A DNA stretch of 64,000 nucleotides from Fimbriosthenelais zetlandica. Its lineage: Eukaryota. A model generated the notes under the pieces. The model was not told the DNA's origin, searched no databases, and saw only the letters and a program-made list of their open reading frames with translations. The first letter of the stretch is position 1, and each line of letters begins with the position of its first letter. The position numbers and the translations under genes were made by a program. The stretch covers positions 18,662,001 to 18,726,000 of the forward strand of contig OZ365112.1 of NCBI GenBank assembly GCA_977030845.1, in the 5' to 3' direction. Positions 44,601 to 57,900 of this stretch are shown in pieces.

Positions 44601-47600
44601 GGGGTCTGTCAGTAGAAGATTTTAAAAAAGAAACCTGCATTGTGGGTGAAGACAGAGGCTGCCAGAACCGTCAAGGGGAAGCACAACTCCCGGAGGATTC
44701 ACAACACATCACAACACATAGAGGAAAGCAGAGGTAATAACTGGCCGGCTTATAGTGAGCACATGGTGAGGGGTGGAGAAGGAATGGTGTGGCTTGATGG
44801 ACGAGTTGACGACTTGAAGAAAACTCATCTGTCTTAATTAATGGTCCACACTCCTTACTTCAAGCCCACTAGGGGAGATATGTGGTTGACTGGGCTAAGG
44901 GCAAGTATAGATTTCAGCAAAACATGATAGGAGCATACATGTACTATACATTATATTAACCCAATTCTAGATACCTATACCTGAAAATGGTTAAAAAAAA
45001 TTCAGCTCACTCTCAGCTTTTATATTGAACAAGAGCTTGGGCAAACTTTCCGATATTAACATGGACTATATATATATATCTTCAAATCACAAATCTATAG
45101 ATCTAGACAGGAGTGTTCAGTGTTCTCTTTGTCTAACATTTATATCAGCAGCAGTAGACACAACCTACAACTATTTAAGTGTTTTAATTGGATGATAAGC
45201 TGCAATTTAATCAATCACGGCAACACTTTAATCTGCCTTTTTGTTTGGAGGATAATTTACAAAATGCGCCTGGCTTTCATCTTGGCATCATAATATTTGC
45301 CATTAAAACACGTAGTTAAAGCTATAATGCTTCATTGTCGATTCACTGATCCTATATTAGGCTACTACAAACTTCTATTATAGCTACCTTATATTAAAGT
45401 TAAAATATTATTGTCTGCTTGAATAGACTTAATACACTGGCATTGAGCAGAACGCCAAAATATGAAGAGAATGTTTAAGCTTGAAAAGAAAGAGGTCGAA
45501 TGAACGAACTGGGGAAAAGGACTGATAGCAGAGGCATGCCCTAGCACTGGGCCGAGTAGTTGGCCTAAGTAGTATATGTAAATGGTGCATATACCCTGGC
45601 CTCTACCGGTATCTCATCCGTGGTTATTGGATAGATCTCATTTCTTTTAACAGTAGATATAGGCCTAGAATCAGTTACAAGGCCATCCTTTAAATACTTG
45701 GGGTCTATGGACCTACTAGAAGGTATTTTGGTGTGGGAATGGGTGAGTTTGGGTTAGTGAGGGTGGGTGGGTGAGTAGATGTGTGTTTTAACAAGACACC
45801 TTGGGCACAGCCGTCAATCATTGTCATAACTCTTACATGCCTAGATCATGAAATATTCAATCAAGCTGGCTGGTAATTTGATGGAGTGTAGGGTGGAGAG
45901 GCGTGAGGGGGGCTGGCAGAAGTTCCCCATATATAAAGCCAATTATATACATGTAAACATGGCCTAAAAGTCTGGGTCAAACACGCCCATAAAACCCAAT
46001 TACCACCAGCTCCGCCCAGCGGTGGCAAGACCAGCTGTTTAAGGATTCTGGGCATCCTGACATAGATCAACATTAACCAAGCTTGTCTGCCCTCTTCTGT
46101 CCACTTTCATTACATTATAATTCACTAACTCCTCATAAATAGCTGTAAAGCATTAATCTCTTGGTTAGATTAATAGGTTGGACGTTACACTGTGTGTCAT
46201 ATAATGTATGAGTTGTGGGTTTAGAGCAGTACATTAGGTCTACATGGACCAGCTGAGGACCTCTCTACAGATGTCCTCAGGAGGAAGACACAAATGTGTG
46301 TGGACGTGATGTGTCTTATATACACATGTATGTAGACAGGATATCAACATACCATAGTTTCACTTCAGTACCAGACATACCTCGTTAGAAATTGGGTCTG
46401 ATACAAATATGATGTGAAATATCCATATGGATAAAAAGATTGACTTTCATAGGAATTTAATGAGCATGTTGTCAAGGATGATTTTTTTCAAACGTCAAAG
46501 AAACATCTTCATGATTGCTTGAGAATGTCCATTCAGGGCAGTATTTGGGTTCAAACCCTTACAGGCACAAGTATGTGTATGTCACATACACACAATGTAC
46601 TTACTGGTCTATGGGCTGTAGCTAGATAGGCTTGACATAGTGATGATCCTGGAAATCCTTTGAGACCTCCACCTTGACAGGTGGCTCTCTGCCCTGCCAT
46701 ATACAAACAGGCTAATGTATACCAATGAGGCAGACTTGAGCGTGGAACATAGGGCATAGACAATATTCTTTACGCAGGCCTTCACTGATAAAAAATACTG
46801 CTTATCATGCATACACATAAAATAAGATCAAAAAACGGCTCACTATCACTCTTTTCAAGGTTAAGAAGATAAGCCTCAACCTGCCGACTGTCATAACACT
46901 ACAGAGGACTCCCTAATTAAGTTCTTCCACTCTGACACAATTTATCTTGCTTCATTATTTTGGGAGCTTTCTTTTATCTTTTAATTCTTGCCCTGATTCC
47001 TCCTGTCGGGTTTCTGAATAAAATCCAGATTTGCATGATGAGCTGAGCTTCAATGGGAGGCCAAGGGTGGGTATGATCAATTGAGAAGAGAGAGTTATTC
47101 ACAGAAATAAATCAAATGAATGTGATAGGCCTACGTACATGTACATGTATATGCAAGGATACCAAAGATAATGTCAACATATTGAATGTCGGCTTAATGG
47201 AGGAAAAATTGGTGTAATCAATGAACATAGACGGCCAGTGGAAAGAGTGATTATAGAGTGAATGTGCTGTGAACACATGATGTTCAATGATATTTGGTGG
47301 AAGCCTGTGGTGTATAATGTCGTGTGAATACATGCTTAAAGCAACTAACAACACGCGAGGACACATATAATGGTCTCCGGCAGGGGTTTTTTCTTGCAAG
47401 TGTTTTAATTAAGAGATGATTAATTGAGTGTTAATCAGAGCACGAAGTGTGGTTAATCTCACTTGAGGGACACAGTATAGGGTTTGAGAGAATATAAAGG
47501 ACAAATACACGAGAAGACACATCCATACCCGAAGAAACATGATGAAATAAAACACCGAGACTTCATAAAAATAGCGAAGAATGAAGAATTGAGACACGAG

Positions 47601-48970
47601 TTGTGAAAAAGATTCCGAAAGGAAAGCAGCATGAGATATAAGCAACAGATTGTGGAGGAAGGAGATAAGAGGTGTCGAAGATGAGTGGGAAAAGGGGAAT
47701 GAACGTGAAGAGAATTTCGAGGTCAATTTTATGGATGACTGTATTCTGACAGCCTCACAATTGATGGACCTGGCAGACGAGTGCGTCGGAGGAAACTCTC
47801 GTGTAAAACTGGTTTCGTATAGAAAGCTTCATATGACGTGAAGGCGAAGACTGACTCAGACTAGTAACCAGGAACTTGTTAGCAGGGCCAGAGATGAAGC
47901 TGGGCAGAACAGACCATTTAGATAGTTCACCGTACCTATGTAATCACATGTCCCCGAGTCTCTTGGGTGACATTCTTATCTAAATGTCAGTCGCTGACCT
48001 AAACATCAAAGCTTAGCTCTCCAGTCTACAGGTCTGGCTCGGTCTAGACCATCAAAACTTTATTACAGAATGATTCTCAGGTTTCCCAATCTGGATGGAT
48101 CCAGCGCCGAGATTAGGTAATAAAAAAAGGACCATCATGTCAATGGAAATATTACTTGGCAATATGATAATAATCTTCATTTAAATTTAAATTAAAAATC
48201 ATGAAAAAAAAAATTTATATGATTTGTCGCCCATAGATATTGAAGGTTACATGTGTAGATAAAATATATAGAGCCTATGAAAAATAGCTTTCTTCAATCG
48301 AAAGGCATTACTATTCTATGTTCATTCCTGCAAGGCTGGCGCAGTTTGTATGCCCTGCCTGCAATGGACAGGTACGTGCTGAATGCCAAGTCAGGGCAAA
48401 AAGCATACATGACAAGAGGAGGGGAGGTAACGAAGCAAGTTATGGCAAGAAATAGAAGGCCAGGACCGGAACACACCATTAGTAGAGGCTGAAGTTACTG
48501 CCAACTTACATCACCATGATCGTCTCCTCTCCAGTCAAAAATGGCCCTGCCACTCTAATAACAACAGAGATGCTGCAAAATGAGTCATGATTCCCCCAGC
48601 ATCGCTGCTACTATAGAGATATAATATACACGCATCCTCCTCATATTCAATAACATATAATGGCATTTTACAGGGTATAAAATCCAAATGGATATGGGCC
48701 AATGTGGTGGAGGGGAAGAGAGTGAGAAGAGAAGATACGAGAATGGATGGAAGACTGAATGGGTTCATTTATTATTTGAATAGCACTGCCTTAAGGTAGA
48801 CTACCTGTGACTTTTTCGACCTTATAACCAAGGCCCCGGGGGAAAAATGTCTTACCAGGAAAATGTATCCAAGAGACAAAGAAGACACCTAAGGCATTAG
48901 AATGAATGTACGTTTGACTGGGAGAGAGAAAGCCCAAGGGTTGGAGTAGCTTATTCAAGTTCGTGGCCTA

Positions 48971-51438
48971 TAGGCCTAATATGGTAATTTAACCTATAGG
49001 TAATATATTATATAGGCCTATATTAGTTACAAATACAGAATATAAATGCAGATTAAATACAGAATGTACAATACCATGTATAAAACTATAGGTCCTACTG
49101 TAGATCTATTGCACGGTCCAACGTAACGTTTGTGATTAGGTCTACTTTTGAAACTTAGGGCCTAGGCCTACACATCTTATAGAAGAGGCAGGCCAGGTGA
49201 GGTGGAAAGGTGGGCGGGGCCACGAGGACCAGGTCTACACATGCTCGACTGGTCTGGAGCATACAGTATTTAACCCTCCGAGTCCCAAACCCCCTATATT
49301 ATCTTGGTGGGAGGGATAGGCCTATATCTGGAGAGGATCACTCTCCTTTTTGCCTCCTGTCACGAGCCTCTAGTTGGTTTCTTCAGCCATGCTGTCATGA
49401 CATCTCCACTCGCCATGTCATGACAACAAATGAATTAAATGGCCAACGCAGGTTATTATGTAGGCCCAAAGCAGGGACCCACTAACCGGCAATTAACACA
49501 AGGTTTAAATAGATTATAATCTTTAAAGTCAATGATAACATTGGGGTTTTAAATGGACATGTTATGCATGTATAAGTTTAGCTATGTGATTCCACATGAG
49601 AACCACCCTACTCCCTAGAACCAGCAGGCCAGCAAGGAAGCAGCAGCGGTGGGCCATTGAATCTCCTGCTACGAGTAGGCCTAAGGACTACGTTCATTCT
49701 AGTGTTATGACCAAAACTGGGCAAGTACCGTCTTCATACATTATGTATTAAACATACATATTTTATCTTTTACCATTTTCTCCCCGGCTAAGGACAGGAG
49801 GAGGAGTAGGAGCACCAGCTGTAGGCCTATACTAGTAAAAGGCTGTAATTTTAACACGGACACTGACCGGTTCATAGGTACTGGCTCTTGGCCCGACTCT
49901 TACCTTTTTGCCTGTTTTCTCGTCTCTCCCTCCACGACGCTTTATGCAGAGAGTATAATCAGAAAGCGTACATCCACCACACGTATTGTGCCCGATTTTA
50001 ATCCACTCTATGAAGGAGAAGTCGGTTGAAAACCCCCTGTTGAGGCTATCTCACCAGCCAGGCTGCCTCGACCATGATCCTTCCATGGCCGAATTTTCCT
50101 TTTACGCATGCGCACACCTGTCCTGCCTGGCATTCCTGAGGCGACATGCCATGTGAGGGGCGGGCACGAGGAGCGTCTGTAGTGACAGTCTATAGGCCTA
50201 TAGAACAGATAATGATGCTTAGAAAGCAGAAAGAATGGCCACAGGCATTATTTCTCTTCAAAGAGAACCTTTAAGAGATAAATTAAATAGTTATAAATAC
50301 TAGTCTCTAGAGGCCGATATAAGCGTGTCGTCGCGTCTGCCGGTCGTCTGGGGCTTCTGCTTCGATTCAGTTTTCCTTGGAATAGGCCTTGCATGGCTCC
50401 CTAATCCTAGGCATAGAAAGATAAATTGATATGATGGCCCCACGCACGTTCACAACCGGCCGGCAAACATAACATGAGTTATACCTAACAACCTCAGGAG
50501 TGCAGGGAGAGTGTCGAGTTACTCACATTGAAGTCATGACTCGTTGCACATGGCCCCACATAGACGCAGCACGTGGCACTCCATCTCAACAACTGAGATA
50601 AGATGATAACACAGGAAATGATGAATATATAGCTTTATAGACCTACTCCTGAGCAAAATAATAGGCTACACTAACAGCTAACGCTATAACACTAGGTCTA
50701 GCTTAGCCTAATTTAGACAATGTCATGCTAGGCATATATGGCTATTTTAATATAACATTTATGAGAATAGGCCTAGGCCTACTCTATCTTCTTTAGGCTA
50801 GCCGCCGTATATTAGGCCTACATGTATTTGTATACTTGTATACGGTAGGCCTACACAAATAGGGGTCCACATCGTCATGTTAATAGCTTAGGGCCAGCCT
50901 GCAAGCGAATGAGCGAAGAATAACTTAACTGAGCAGGACTCATGTCGTCTCAGTAGGCCAACAGCGCGAACTGCTTGGTCTGCTCGTGCTGGTCGCTGCT
51001 TGCGACCAGCGACTATAGCAGCTCTGTAGGTTACTTCACCATATTCCCGCCTAGTGGCAGCACTGTACATTCCCAACATTTTCTTGGGTCAAGATTATTA
51101 CGGGGACAGGACAACTAGGCCTAAATACATGCTAGAAAATTATCTATAAAATTGTAGCATAGCAAGTCCACGACACCAATATGAAACTCTATTGACATTT
51201 TATCTATTTAGGCCTAGCTTAGGCCTATTGAATTGGTTCAGGTGTGATTTAAAAAAAATTAATTGGACTAACTTGGTTAATTACGTGTGGACCTACAGAG
51301 ACCCACCATAAATTTAGTCAATTTTTATATAGCATGTAGCCTATGTTTTTTTTAAATGGGATTAAATTTATGTTGGATGTCTGTACGCCTGTAAGACAAT
51401 AAATATAAATTCTCGTCTAAGGTACCGTAATAGGCCTA
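48971..51438. repeat. Dense cluster of the palindromic octamer TAGGCCTA
   Basis: At least 15 exact copies: 48971, 49013, 49163, 49317, 49676, 49822, 50193, 50768, 50774, 50813, 50846, 51116, 51209, 51220, 51431. Confidence 0.85.
49904..50170 (-). promoter_or_regulatory. Candidate distal promoter/first exon (possibly of the myosin gene)
   Basis: CpG-rich patch with GC box GGGGCGGG (50157-50164) and NRF1-like ACGCATGCGC (50104-50113); strong minus-strand donors AAG|gtaaga (exon end 49904) and CTG|gtgaga (exon end 50055). Confidence 0.35.
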
Positions 51439-51978
51439 CTATATTTTAGGACATAGTTCTAGCCCGAACCACGTGTTTTAGCACATGTCTATAATAATTG
51501 AAAACATGGCAATAACTTGGGGAAGGAACAAGTCGGAAAAGGCCTTATTATTTAAATACATTTTTATAAAAAAAAAAAAAAAGCACCGCTGATCTAAAAT
51601 TTGAAAATACAAATCTATAAGTCACTGGTATAATTATATCAGTACAAAAGTATATAATGTACATGTAGGCGTACCCTGGAAATTTATGTTTACATAGTTA
51701 TAATGGCGTCGGGTTTCATTTTTTTGGCGGGGGTTCCAAGCTTCACATATTAAATCGAAATCCCCCTTTTCTCATTTACAATGTGATCCGAGGCCTAAAA
51801 ATGATGTAAAGTCACTATACAGGAATGGTAAAATAAACAGAGTATCCAACTAGGCATATAAGATGACAATGTAGCTATGGAGATTCATCTGAAGTCGCGT
51901 CAATATTTAAACATTAAATGTTTTTTATCATCAAGCCTCTTAGACTTGGCAGTCATACATACATATAACACATATTAT

Positions 51979-54900
51979 CTATAATTTGATTCTCTCTTCG
52001 AAGATAGCAATTACAAGGAGTAAGCCAACACCGATGAAGATTCCAATGTTTTGGAGTATCAAACATCTCACTCGTTTACATCTGGTTTTAGCATGTAACT
52101 GTGAGCTCACAAGTTCCGGCACCTGAGAGAGAGAAAAAAGATTAGACCATGGCTATGTGTCAATCAATCTAAATATAAATACAGGCCTAGGTATATTAAA
52201 ACACATATACCTGAGGCCTAAATACAATATATTTAAAGTTCAAGAATATATAATTATAGTGACATAAGAAAATGACGTTTTAAATATCAGAATATTCAAG
52301 GTATTAAATATTGCACACGGGTAAATTATAGATTTTATTACTCACCATTTCCACGAGTGCAATATAGATGAACATTCCTCCCGATATGACAAAGATCCAG
52401 GACCGTACCTCAGGATCTTCGGCCAGGCTAGCCCCAATAAAGAAGCCTATAAATGCTGTCGCAGCCGAAATTAAGTTCAGTAACGCAGCATATCGGAACT
52501 TTAAACCCGACTGAATAAGGATGGCAAAATCACCTGAGGAATAAAATTGTCAAAAATTATCACGCCTATTGGAATTAATGTATAGTAACATAATTTCTTT
52601 AGACTATGTTCTCTCTTAAAAATATAGATCTTTTCATTTGCGATTCTTCCCAAATATAATAACAAATTGGGGTGGATTACCTAGTTCATGAGGCAGTTCA
52701 TGGGAAAAGACAGCGAGAGACGTAGCTAGTCCCCCTGTAACGCTAAAGCTGAATGCTGCACCTATAGCTAAACCATCAGCCAGATTGTGAACCGCATCTC
52801 CCAGTACGACCATCAATACCACTGGTTTCATCTCTGTAATATTTAACAAATAATTACAATGATAAGAATTCTTAAAAAATATATTTTGAATTTATAACAC
52901 GTGCTTTTCATCATTAAATTTGTCATAGTTTACTGTAAATCACGGCACTCACTTCCAACACATCCTTTCTGTCCATCTTCTTTATAAGCCACTTCGAGAT
53001 CATGGGACTTGTTCTGCAACATGGAAGGTAAGTGGACTAATGAAACTAAACCATTTTTTGTAAATTGTAATTTTGCTTTTTGTAAGATAGCAAAGTTAAG
53101 AGTATAGAATATTACAGGAAATTCAGATTGGATAAGTCAAGGGATAGCTATTATTGTGATATTTGTTCGAAATTGATTGACTAAGTAAATAATGTACGCG
53201 TTTTAAAATCTTTGGCTTTTAGTGAACTTACATTCTGCAGGCCAGATTCTGTAACAGTATAATCAGCTGCTGGATTTCGTTTGGGGACTTCTTGGATATG
53301 GGAATGACCAGAACTCTCCTGAAAAAACCAGATTAATTCGTTGTTAAAACAGGTTTTAAAATAAAATGAATAACAAATTGCCATTTATGCTAAAATTCCT
53401 CAGAGTGCTCGAGTTACAAGAACTACCGCATAATTATATATTTGTACTCATGAAAGCCTGAATAAATACCTTCTCATTCCGGCCTGTTATTATACCCATG
53501 ATGGACTCAAAGAGGAAGAAAAAATACAAGGCTGAAATACAAAGGAATAGATGTCATCATATTGATCAGGTTGGAGGTATTTAAAAGTCATATTAAAATT
53601 TAATTAAATAGTTGTTTTAATATCTCAATTATAAAAAGCATTATTGAAGGAGTATGGGATGAAGTTGTTGTAACTTAAATTTAAAAAAAATAAATTAGGA
53701 AGTATGTTAACTTAAAAAATACATACCGGCCAGAATACCCATCGTTTTTATGAGGTATGGTTCTAGGACAATATCATCCCCATGGCCATGGCCATCTTCC
53801 TCGTGTCCATGAAGGCCATATCCCTGACAAGAAAAAATAATGACTTTTGTTGTATTGCATACATTAACTCGAAAGTTCGCCAGAATTAATTGTATAAATG
53901 GCACAGTGAATAAGCGGACATAAATAATGGGCACAATTAATGGTGGGAGTCGCGGCAGTCCTTGATTATCCGGCTAATTTCTACCCAATTACTTGATATT
54001 TAACTAATGTACATACCGCGGGGAAGAGGTGAAGGAAGGCATCACCAATGAGAGAACCTACAGCCAGCCCTATAAAAACTGCCATGACATCTCGATAAAA
54101 TGGGGTGGACATGCAAGGGACGAGGACCAGTCCAAACAGCGCACACAAACAGATAATAGCCACAGCTAATACACCATATCCATACACTGCAATACAAATT
54201 ATAATTGGCATCCTCAGTAGGACAATATTTCAAAAATATAAAAAACAAGTTCAATTAAAGAAAACTTAATTAAAAGGATCATGTAATCGTGATCCATAAA
54301 GATGTGAGATTACCTTCTGCTGGTGTTGGTGGGTTTACTGGTTTAGGGGGATCAAGATTCTGTGGTAGACACGCCCCCGTCACCTGCTGCTGGACGAGAG
54401 CAGGTGAGAGTGTTTCCAGATTACTTCCAGATATTCCCTCACTCAGGTTAAACCCATAGACGGCAGCAAAATCTGAGGCGGAGAGGCACTGTAGGTAACA
54501 CGAGAAACAAATAAAACATTTAAATCTGTAACAGATAGAAATTTAGTTCATTTCGAATATTGAGAAAAAAACCTATGTGCACTTAACTTTGATGCAAATG
54601 ATAAATTTAAATTCATACCTTAATTACATAAGGCAAAAATTTAATCAGACTAAAGAATCCGGCAGGTTATGATAAATCACTGTCACTCACTTGTACAGAG
54701 CCTGATGTTGGTGTGGGCATGGAATGGCCATGGTCATCCACCGCCCTCTTCCTCCTCCTGCTGCCATGATCATGTCCATCCTCACCCCCCTCTTCACTAT
54801 GACTTGTGTCCTGCCCTTTGCTGAATGCGCCTATTTTCAACTTGTTGAGCAACTGATCGAATTCTGAAAAATCATGAATCCGAGCCGATCACTTATTGAA

Positions 54901-57900
54901 TATTTACATAAAATATTTTCTAAACATCATGATATGCAAAGACAATTGAGGCTAGCACAAAAAGGTAATAATGAGAAGACTTACCTGCCATGGTAAGGGG
55001 GGCACCACCACCAGATCCATATGTAGATAAGAGGGATTCTGTGATCTCCCCGCGATAAGGCAGGGGATTGCAGTGACGATCAATCGTATATCCTGATAAA
55101 CCAACATTTTATTAATTATTACAACAATCATGACAGAAGCGTAACATTAACAATGTAATTTATAGGGGACCAATGTGTGTAGCTTCCCTCAGAATGATAA
55201 TCATTAGCCTCACCTTGGAGGACATAGAGTATGACTCGGGTTGCCACCTCCTGTACCTGCTCATCTGTAACGGTATTACTCTCTATGCCTGCTTCTCTCA
55301 GTAAAGTGTATGCATCAAAACACTGAAACAGATACACCATTGTTTAGATCCTGTATGTCAGGTTTATTCATCAGTGAGGGACAACCTTCCGGCCTGTTGA
55401 ATGTGATGACTATAAAATATGACATGACCTAAAGGTGTCTGCATGTCCTGAATAGCCGGGAGGGCAGGAAACCTATGGGAAAACTCCAGTATGTATTAAC
55501 TAGTTGAATCTGGTCCAATAATTCACGTGGGACAGCTCTAAATGTTAAAGTAAAATTCTAATCCCCAAGAAGAAATAATGTTCCAATATGTTAGGATCGT
55601 TAAGACCCTTTACATGTACCGGTTCAGTGATTGGGTACACCATAATATTACTTTGTATCAAAGGATCATGTAATCGTGATCTGGGGCGGTCGGTGAATAA
55701 ATCAATTGAAACTCATTACAACTGCCGCTGATGAAAGTCAGGGAAATATCAGGGGTACATCCAAGGCCGATACGTTCTCATTAATTACAACGATCCTTCT
55801 ATTTACAAATGAATTAGAACGAAACAATAGAATATATTCATGCCATCAATACAAAAATTCCATCAAGTTAGCTCAATCTAAAAAACAATTTGGGATAAAA
55901 TAAGTCTATATAAGCCTAATAGCTTATTGAATGACATGGCATTGATAGCGTAGTATGCATGTTCAAGGTAATAACATTGAATCTGTGTTACCTCATCATT
56001 CGTATTTTCTTCCTCAGAATGGTCGTGTCCTTCGTATGTATGCTCATCTTCGTGCGTCTCACTATGAGTATCCTCATGAGAATCCTCATTGGAATTATCG
56101 ATCTTAAGATCATTTAAAATCCCCTGCAATCTTTCTCTGAAACTTAATATTTTTTTAGTTGGAACTTCTTCACTGTGAGAGTGCCCTTGCTCTTTTGAAT
56201 GTCCACTATGAGAATGCCCTTTATGATAATCCCCATCTTCATGGTGATCCTCGTCCTCAGAATGGGATTCCCCTTTATGGTCATCCCCTTCTTCATGGTG
56301 ATCCTCGTCCTCAGAATGGGATTCCCCTTTATGGTCATCACCTTCTTCATGGTGATCCTCGTCCTCAGAATGGGATTCCCCTTTATGGTCATCCCCTTCT
56401 TCATGGTGATCCTCGTCCTCAGAATGGGATTTCCTTTCATAATCAGGGGGGTGGCCTTCCTTGGAATGGGAATCCCTGACACCCCTCTCATGTGAATTCC
56501 CTTCGTCTGAATGGCTGTCCTCTGGGATGACATCACCCTCATTGTCATCCAATCTCAGCCAATTAGTGAAGTTACTCAAAGTATAGTCAGTAAATTTCGT
56601 GGAACAGGCCTCCCTGACATCATGGATGTAGAAGAGCAGGACAGGGGCAGCTCTCTTCAGGTCAGTCTTATTTAGCCCTAGATCAGGATCAGCTCCCAGC
56701 AAGCTGAAGAGTGTATTCACACTAAGGCACTGAAAGAGAAATCAAATTGTTGAACAGGTTACATTATATGCTCATTTCTATTTATGAACATTAGGCTACA
56801 TTAGCTATTTCTGCTGAGAAAAAGTTCCAGGGTTCTACATCGAGTTTCCAGTTTTCTTACATATGGTTCAAAAAGAGCTTCATAATAGACATTGTGCTTT
56901 CAAACATCAAGAACACGGATGTAGAATACATTTGTAAGGATTATTTGTACCAGTGGGAGTGAAATAATGTTTTTTAAAACTGTAAGATGAAAGCTACGCT
57001 CAAATATTCATCACACCCAGGCGGCTGAGTCTATAGACACTGCCCACTCCAAAGGTGGGGCTCAAGATTCTCTATTTGCAAGTCATGATCTACTTCTGAT
57101 CTAAATATACATCCTGGTAGAGAAGAACAGGTTAGATTATATCACCTTGAGGAAATCCCACTTTCATGATTGTACAATGATTCACAGTCCTTGGATATTG
57201 ACTTAACAAGTAATACTGCCCAATTTTACCTTCATACAATATATATTTCAACAGTGTCAGTAAAATTCCTAAAATGTGAATATTCTAGTTTGTTTCATTA
57301 TTGAGGGCTGAGAGATTAATCCTTTGATGACATCATCCTGTCATGTACAGAAAAGCTGCGTTCAAGTGAGAAGTGTTATTTTTAAAATATCATATGAAAC
57401 TTCAAGACAGAATTGTAAAACATGAAAATGTTCATTGTCTGCTGAGTTTATGGAAAGGACTGCGTTCATGTGGAATACATTACGTGTAAAACTTACTTTT
57501 AAAGATTTTTAAAACACAGTACTTTAAGTCACATTGCACATAGGATAAGAAAAGGAGAAGCTGGTATTCTTTATCTTCATCTTGGCGTGAGACTCAAATG
57601 ATTAATTCATGTATGAAACAGTCACAGCCTCTTATTTCTTTGTATAAGGTCCATCATAGAATTCCAGGAGGGACAGGTAGGCTATTCATAGCAGCAGATC
57701 CTGTCTACACATTACTTACATTACATTCCCACACAACAGATTTACTACGCATTGTCCCCATGAAGTATATTAAACTCCTTCCTACATTAAAAATACATAT
57801 ATATCTTAACTAGTAGAGCTTTGGGACCGAATTACAGCCTATTTAATTACAGCCTAGACCTTTGGTAAAATATTCGACAAGTAGATAACCAACCACTGAC

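Noticed and set aside
47400-47900. Purine-rich stretch with short ORFs suggestive of a decayed retroelement
   Set aside because: No RT, endonuclease, integrase or transposase motif recognisable; needs RepeatMasker/Dfam.
30093-48768. Numerous 60-140 aa ORFs in the large gap, and similar ones at 10-17 kb
   Set aside because: Lengths expected by chance, no recognisable domains, no consistent exon chain.
56144-56548. Three additional ORFs (56144-56548 -, 56159-56479 +, 56199-56495 +) with repetitive peptides
   Set aside because: By-products of the stop-free 54-nt repeat; the His/acidic frame is the one that splices into the ZIP gene.
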